DNA of 64,000 nt from an uncultured Gammaproteobacteria bacterium (lineage in GTDB: Bacteria > Patescibacteriota > Patescibacteriia > UBA9934). This document shows positions 59,146-64,000 of the stretch, piece by piece. The translations under genes and the position numbers were made by a program. The notes below the pieces were generated by a model, which was not told the origin of the DNA, made no database searches, and saw nothing but the letters and a program-made list of their open reading frames with translations. Position 1 is the stretch's first letter; every line of letters starts with the position of its first letter. The DNA is taken from positions 125,440 to 189,439 of the forward strand of contig CAZTKG010000003.1 of NCBI GenBank assembly GCA_964613815.1, written 5' to 3'.

Positions 59146-61191
59146 TTAGCTCGGCGTTTGTGAGGTCGGGGCCTCGCTGGCGGCGGGAGGTTGTCCGTTT
59201 TCCGGTGGAGCTGTGTCGGGGATTGGTTCTGGGATTTCCGGTTGCGCTGGTTCTGATGGTTGCTGTGCTTCCTGCGCCTCCTTTTCTGCGAGAGATTCTT
59301 CGAATTCTTTTCTTGCTCGCTCGATTTCTAAGAGCTGTTCTGGATTTGTGGTGATGAGTTGATCTTCTGCGTAGCTGGCGATGACTTTAACGGCCGCGTG
59401 ACGCTTTCCGGCGAAGAAGATCCCTTCCCCCACAGATGCATCGATGAGGAGGTAGCGCTCTGACTGCGTGAGGTTGAATGTTTTTGCGATCGCGTCTACG
59501 CCTGCGGTGGACTGCTTCATGAGGAGCTGCATGGCGGAGTTTGTCACGATTGCGTGACCGTATTGGTTGCGCAGGAAGTCGTTTACGTCCTGTGTGATCG
59601 TTGTGACGCCTAGGTAATATTTGCGGGCACGTTTTACGAGGCCGAAGATGAATTTGGATGCGTCTTCGTGCTGCATGAGCCACCAAGCCTCGTCGATTGC
59701 TAGGAGGCGTTTTTTGCGCTCTGAGCGGACGACGTTCCAGATGTAGTTGACGATAGAGTAAATAGCCATTGGGCGGAGCTCATCTTCTAGATCTCGTACG
59801 GAGTAGACAACGAGCTGGTTGTCCATTTTGACTGTGGTTGGGTAGTTGAGGAATCCTGCGAATGTTCCTTCGGTGAATTTTTGGAGTCTTGAGACGAGAT
59901 CCCCTGTTTCTTCCATACCTTCTAAAACCTCTTGCAGGTCTTGCATGACCGGGTATTCTGCTGATGCTAAGTCTTTTGCTGAGAGGTCTGGAGTGATGTC
60001 TTTTTTGGCGTAAGCTTCGATAATGGCTCGGTCTAGAGTGGAATCTTCTTTTGGCGTGAAGCCGTTTTTACCCCCCTCTCCGACTGGTTGGCCGATCATG
60101 ATACGGAGAAGACCCTTTAGTGTAATGATCGCGCTTCGGAGGATGTCTTCTGTTGAGGTGTCTTCCCCCATTGGTCGTGGGAGGTCGAAGGGGTTGATCT
60201 TGCTCTCTGACCCGAGAGAGACGTTGACGAATGTGCCTCCGACCGCGTCTGAGAGGGTGCGATACTCCATTTCTGGGTCAATGACGATGACCTCTACGCC
60301 CATCATCATGGAGCGCAGGATTTCTAGCTTGATCGCGTAGGACTTTCCTGCACCAGACGTCGCGAAAACGACTGCGTTTGCGTTTGCGAGGGAGAACCGG
60401 TCAAAGATGATGAGGGAGTTGTTGTGGCGGTTTATCCCGTAGAGAATCCCTTTGTCGCTCGTGAGGTCAGATGAGATGAATGGGAATGACGACGCGATTG
60501 GCGACGTGTTCATGTTGAACGAGATCATGAGCTCGTCGTTTCCGATTGGCATGGTGGAGTTGAAGCCCTGCTCTGCCTGGTAGAAGCCGCGTTTTGTAAA
60601 AATGAGACGGGAACCGAAAACGGATTCCATTTCTTCTGTCCGTTTTCCTAGCTCTTCTTCTGAATCTGCGTAAATTGTTACGTAAAATGCGAATTGGAAA
60701 AAGTGCTCCGTTCCTTGCGTGAGGTCGTCTCGTAGCTGCTCCATGTCTCGAAGGGCGGTTTCTTGGATTGGGTCTCTTGGAGCGCCTTTTTCGTTGTCGC
60801 TGACGATTTGCGCCTCTGCGATACCTACCTTGTTCTTGAGCTGCTTGAGAATGACGGCTGCTTTTACTGGGTAAAAGAACATGCCGATGTCGATGGTTCC
60901 GTTGTAGTTGATGATTGGGGCGCCCCATCCTACCCCTACGTATCGTGGGTATGTCGTCACAAATAGTGTGCGGACGTATTTTGATCCGAGTCGGAGGAAG
61001 TCTGGGTTTACCTGGAATGCTGCCGGCGCAATGAGGTCACGTATGGTAACGGTTCCAATTCTATACGTGCGCTCGTCTTCGAGCGTTGCTTGGTCGGCGA
61101 TCTTTTTCTCCTCTTCTTCAGACGTCTTCTTTGGCGGAGGAGCTTTTTTGGCCTTTTTTTCTTTTTGTAGTTTGTGAATGTCGATCGACAT
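59146..61191 (-). CDS. type IV secretion system ATPase, VirB4/TrbE/CagE family
   Basis: Walker A FATSGAGKSY and Walker B RLLAIDEAWWLM (the DEAW motif of VirB4). Length and domain order are typical, with a Glu/Pro/Gln-rich C-terminal tail. Confidence 0.85.
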   Translation of the reverse strand: MSIDIHKLQKEKKAKKAPPPKKTSEEEEKKIADQATLEDERTYRIGTVTIRDLIAPAAFQVNPDFLRLGSKYVRTLFVTTYPRYVGVGWGAPIINYNGTIDIGMFFYPVKAAVILKQLKNKVGIAEAQIVSDNEKGAPRDPIQETALRDMEQLRDDLTQGTEHFFQFAFYVTIYADSEEELGKRTEEMESVFGSRLIFTKRGFYQAEQGFNSTMPIGNDELMISFNMNTSPIASSFPFISSDLTSDKGILYGINRHNNSLIIFDRFSLANANAVVFATSGAGKSYAIKLEILRSMMMGVEVIVIDPEMEYRTLSDAVGGTFVNVSLGSESKINPFDLPRPMGEDTSTEDILRSAIITLKGLLRIMIGQPVGEGGKNGFTPKEDSTLDRAIIEAYAKKDITPDLSAKDLASAEYPVMQDLQEVLEGMEETGDLVSRLQKFTEGTFAGFLNYPTTVKMDNQLVVYSVRDLEDELRPMAIYSIVNYIWNVVRSERKKRLLAIDEAWWLMQHEDASKFIFGLVKRARKYYLGVTTITQDVNDFLRNQYGHAIVTNSAMQLLMKQSTAGVDAIAKTFNLTQSERYLLIDASVGEGIFFAGKRHAAVKVIASYAEDQLITTNPEQLLEIERARKEFEESLAEKEAQEAQQPSEPAQPEIPEPIPDTAPPENGQPPAASEAPTSQTPS

Positions 61192-61194
61192 AGG

Positions 61195-61905
61195 CTAGAA
61201 TCCTTCTTCAATGCGTAATTCGCTTACGTCGTTTAGTTTTTGACGATCGAATGTGTGCGGGTTGTACACTGTGTAATACAGCTCAATGAGCCCCTGCGTG
61301 TCTAGGATAGCGTTTTTTAGGCCCATTCCAGTAAGTCCACCTTGTACAATGGAAACGCGTTGCATAAGAGACTTTCGGCGGTCTTGGAACTTCTTTTCTG
61401 AGAGCTTTACGACCGATGCCGGCATGATCGCCTCTGAGAGACGTGTCATGAATCCAATCTTCTTGTCTGTCGCTGCATCGAACGGGACGACGACAAAGAA
61501 GCGCTTTTGCATGATTTCGCCAAGGTCTACGAGCTCGTTAATGAACGAGCGATAGTCTTTGATTTGCGCCCTCAGGAGCTCATTTGTCATCTTTGCCTCT
61601 TGCTCGTTTAGACTTTGAATGTAGCTGTCAATGTTCATCTTTCGTGACTGGATCACGATTTGGATTGGGTATTCTAGGCCGTTCAAAAACTGCATGTAGG
61701 ATTGGATCATGGCCTGCTGCTCGTCTACGGATTTGAGCGCGAAATTGACGCTTGAAACCATGATAACCGCTCGGAGTGTCCCATCTTTTAAGACGACTGC
61801 ATCTTCTCGAATCTCTGCGATGTCCAAAAATCGCTGAGTTGGTGGGCCAACCTTTGATTTTGCCAACTTTTTGGACTGCATTTCTTTTTTCTTTTTGTCG
61901 GCCAT
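61195..61905 (-). CDS. type IV secretion-associated protein resembling the VirB4 N-terminal (membrane-proximal) domain
   Basis: LDIAEIREDAVVLKDGTLRAVIMV parallels IRDLIAPAAFQVNPDFLRLGSKYVRTLFV at the N-terminus of the adjacent VirB4. Confidence 0.45.
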   Translation of the reverse strand: MADKKKKEMQSKKLAKSKVGPPTQRFLDIAEIREDAVVLKDGTLRAVIMVSSVNFALKSVDEQQAMIQSYMQFLNGLEYPIQIVIQSRKMNIDSYIQSLNEQEAKMTNELLRAQIKDYRSFINELVDLGEIMQKRFFVVVPFDAATDKKIGFMTRLSEAIMPASVVKLSEKKFQDRRKSLMQRVSIVQGGLTGMGLKNAILDTQGLIELYYTVYNPHTFDRQKLNDVSELRIEEGF

Positions 61906-61906
61906 A

Positions 61907-62347
61907 TTATTTGTGATCTTCTGGGTTGTAGATTCCGCCGGTGTTTACCACAAGTGAGAGCTCTGAGAGTCTTGATTTTGGGACCTTCCTCTTTGTCGGG
62001 GGCGGGATTTCTTTTTCTTTTTTCTCTTTTTTTAGCCTTGCCTTGATTTGCCCCGTTGTGAGTGCCTTGTCCCACACGCGCACCATTGGACGCCTGAACG
62101 TTAGTACCATGTTGAGAACGATGAAATGAAATGGCTGCCCATTTACTTTTACGAATGCAAATACGATTCCTATCGCAAGGACAGGTAGGCCGACCGCGAG
62201 CAAGGCAAATATGTTGAGGATTAGCTTGTAGAGAAGCGCCTCGACAAGAACAACGCCAATCATGATGAGGAACTGCCTCATGGTGACTGGGCCGATGATC
62301 TTTGTTTCTACGTCGAGAAATTGTGGTACGACAAATTGATCTGGCAT
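61907..62347 (-). CDS. PrgI / VirB3-like small membrane protein
   Basis: VPQFLDVETKIIGPVTMRQFLIMIG followed by two TM helices. Position immediately upstream of VirB4, as in Gram-positive-type T4SS. Confidence 0.5.
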   Translation of the reverse strand: MPDQFVVPQFLDVETKIIGPVTMRQFLIMIGVVLVEALLYKLILNIFALLAVGLPVLAIGIVFAFVKVNGQPFHFIVLNMVLTFRRPMVRVWDKALTTGQIKARLKKEKKEKEIPPPTKRKVPKSRLSELSLVVNTGGIYNPEDHK

Positions 62348-62370
62348 ATTTCTTCCCTTGCATTATAGCA

Positions 62371-64000
62371 CTATGCAAGCTGAATACGTTTGTTGAGCTC
62401 TACGATGGCACGCACCTCTGCGGGACTGAGACTTTCCTCGCCTTTTGCGCGGCGGCTAGATGCGACTTCGGAGACCGATCTTCCTTGCACGAGCGCTGCC
62501 TTGGTCATGCGCACATATAGGCGATTTATTGGACTTTTTCGCCATGCAAGTACCGCCTTTACTCTGTCTTCGTATCCCTGCTCTTCGATGAGATCTAGCT
62601 TGTCTTCTATCTTTTGTATTGCCTCCATTGGATCGCTTGAGAGTCTACGGAACTGCTTTGGGGTCATGGTACCAACTTCCTCTGTTGGACCCATGAGCTT
62701 TGGGGTTGCGACGACGTCGGCGATCCTGCCCTTCTTTTGCGGTGGGGCGCTCTGGTTGCTAAGTCGTGCTTTTGCTTTTTTGGGCTTTTCTGGTGTTTTG
62801 GCGTGAACGATAAACTCTGGCTCGAGCTTGTTGTGATGAAGCTCTAGCTCTTCTTCGTGCGATCTTGCCGCACTGACTCGACCGATTGGATGTATGCTGT
62901 TGATTTTTTCTTTTGAAGCTGCGCCGGTGAGCTTGGCGTGACGCGCGTTTATAACGACACGTTCTTTCTGGGCTGTAGTCGATGTTTTCTGTGTCTTTTT
63001 TGGGATTTTTTTGTATGCCGCCTCCACTGCTTGGCGTGCCTGTTTTGCTGCTGACGTGAGTTCTAACACTTGATCTTGCGCGACTTTGTAGCGAGACTCG
63101 AACAGTGCCCGCAGTTGACGCTCGGATCTTCGGCCGCGGATATGGGAGGCGAGGAGGTCTTTTGCTGCTGGAATTGGGATTTTGTATTTTCTGAGCGTTG
63201 TTCTGACCCCGCTTAGCGCACGATCGGTACAGACGTCGATCACCTTTGTGTATTGGTCATTTTTTGTCTTTTTTGCTGCTGATGCGTGCGCCTTTAGCTC
63301 TTCGTGCTCGTGGTCGTGCAAAAGATTGCCAGCGATTACTGGCGTCGTGGTGGAAAGCGCTGTTTCGGTGTGTGGGACGATGGCAGTTGAGCGGAGAGGC
63401 GGTTGCTTTTTTGCGGGCCCAGCCACGGGGCTTGGAGCAGGTTTTTGCTTTTCCTGCTTGATCTTGGGAGCGATTACCCTCGTTGCTTTTTTGATGACTT
63501 TTTTCGGCTTTGGCTCTGGTGGGAGTGGTGGGAGTGGTCTGATCGCTCCAGCGCGTCTTTTGACTACTGATGTCTTTGCTTGTTTTGCCGGTTTTGATTT
63601 TGGCGCTGGCTCTGATGGTTTCTTGATCTTCTTTTTTTCCTGTGGCTGAGCGGGGGCGTTTAGCTTTTGTTGCTTAGGTGTTCTTGCCGCTGTTGAGCTA
63701 GATGTTTTCTGCTCTTCTTTTCGGACTTTCGGAGCAGGCTTCTTTGGCTTTTGAGGCTCTTGCTCCTGTGCCGATACCTTCGCCGGGTCGAATCGCGTTG
63801 CTTTGATTTTTTCTATTGCTGATAGGTCGATCTTTTCTTCCAGCTCTTTGATGAGCTTTTGCGACTGCGCTTCGTCTAATCCTAGCCCTCCTACCATGAG
63901 TGGGCGCTCCATGAGAGTTATCGTTGCCTCTTTTGCTCTCTTTTTTTCGAGATAGCCCTTTGCAATGTAGACAAAGCGCTTTGTGAGGCGTTCTGGGAGA
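62371..64000 (-). CDS. Lys/Pro-rich low-complexity protein, 5' end beyond window
   Basis: The frame stays open upstream of the annotated Met to the window edge (...LPERLTKRFVYIAKGYLEKKRAKEATITLMERP...). Long basic PK-rich region. Confidence 0.45.
   Translation of the reverse strand, partial: LPERLTKRFVYIAKGYLEKKRAKEATITLMERPLMVGGLGLDEAQSQKLIKELEEKIDLSAIEKIKATRFDPAKVSAQEQEPQKPKKPAPKVRKEEQKTSSSTAARTPKQQKLNAPAQPQEKKKIKKPSEPAPKSKPAKQAKTSVVKRRAGAIRPLPPLPPEPKPKKVIKKATRVIAPKIKQEKQKPAPSPVAGPAKKQPPLRSTAIVPHTETALSTTTPVIAGNLLHDHEHEELKAHASAAKKTKNDQYTKVIDVCTDRALSGVRTTLRKYKIPIPAAKDLLASHIRGRRSERQLRALFESRYKVAQDQVLELTSAAKQARQAVEAAYKKIPKKTQKTSTTAQKERVVINARHAKLTGAASKEKINSIHPIGRVSAARSHEEELELHHNKLEPEFIVHAKTPEKPKKAKARLSNQSAPPQKKGRIADVVATPKLMGPTEEVGTMTPKQFRRLSSDPMEAIQKIEDKLDLIEEQGYEDRVKAVLAWRKSPINRLYVRMTKAALVQGRSVSEVASSRRAKGEESLSPAEVRAIVELNKRIQLA

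Overview
This looks like a chromosomal segment of about 48-50% GC from a small-genome bacterium, with gene content reminiscent of Patescibacteria/Saccharibacteria-like genomes. Housekeeping genes recognised from the translations are rpmE, prfA-prmC, gyrB, secE-nusG-rplK-rplA, gatB, miaA, thrS, dnaE, pheST, rseP, murD, a phosphohexomutase, lemA-htpX, clpC, radA, recG, comFC and three tRNAs. Seven things stand out. (1) A dcd / dCMP-deaminase fusion / DHFR / ThyA-fold / dTMP-kinase module in which the ThyA-fold enzyme carries Asp at the pyrimidine-specificity position (E. coli Asn177), a dCMP-directed signature. (2) Several islands of about 62-65% GC encoding secreted, lipo- or membrane proteins, two of them disrupted, each driven by a near-identical AT-rich promoter block (6 copies). 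(3) A dispersed ~48-bp nested palindromic repeat family (5 copies), one partial copy embedded in-frame in pheT. (4) A cluster of six DnaA-box-like 9-mers next to an AT-rich stretch, which is an oriC candidate. (5) A three-gene hicB-hicA operon with a palindromic operator. (6) An IS1595-family transposase remnant beside a lipoprotein gene with an in-frame amber stop. (7) A VirB4/PrgI-like type IV secretion module at the window end. No CRISPR array or rRNA was seen. All functional calls are by-eye motif recognition; no searches were run.
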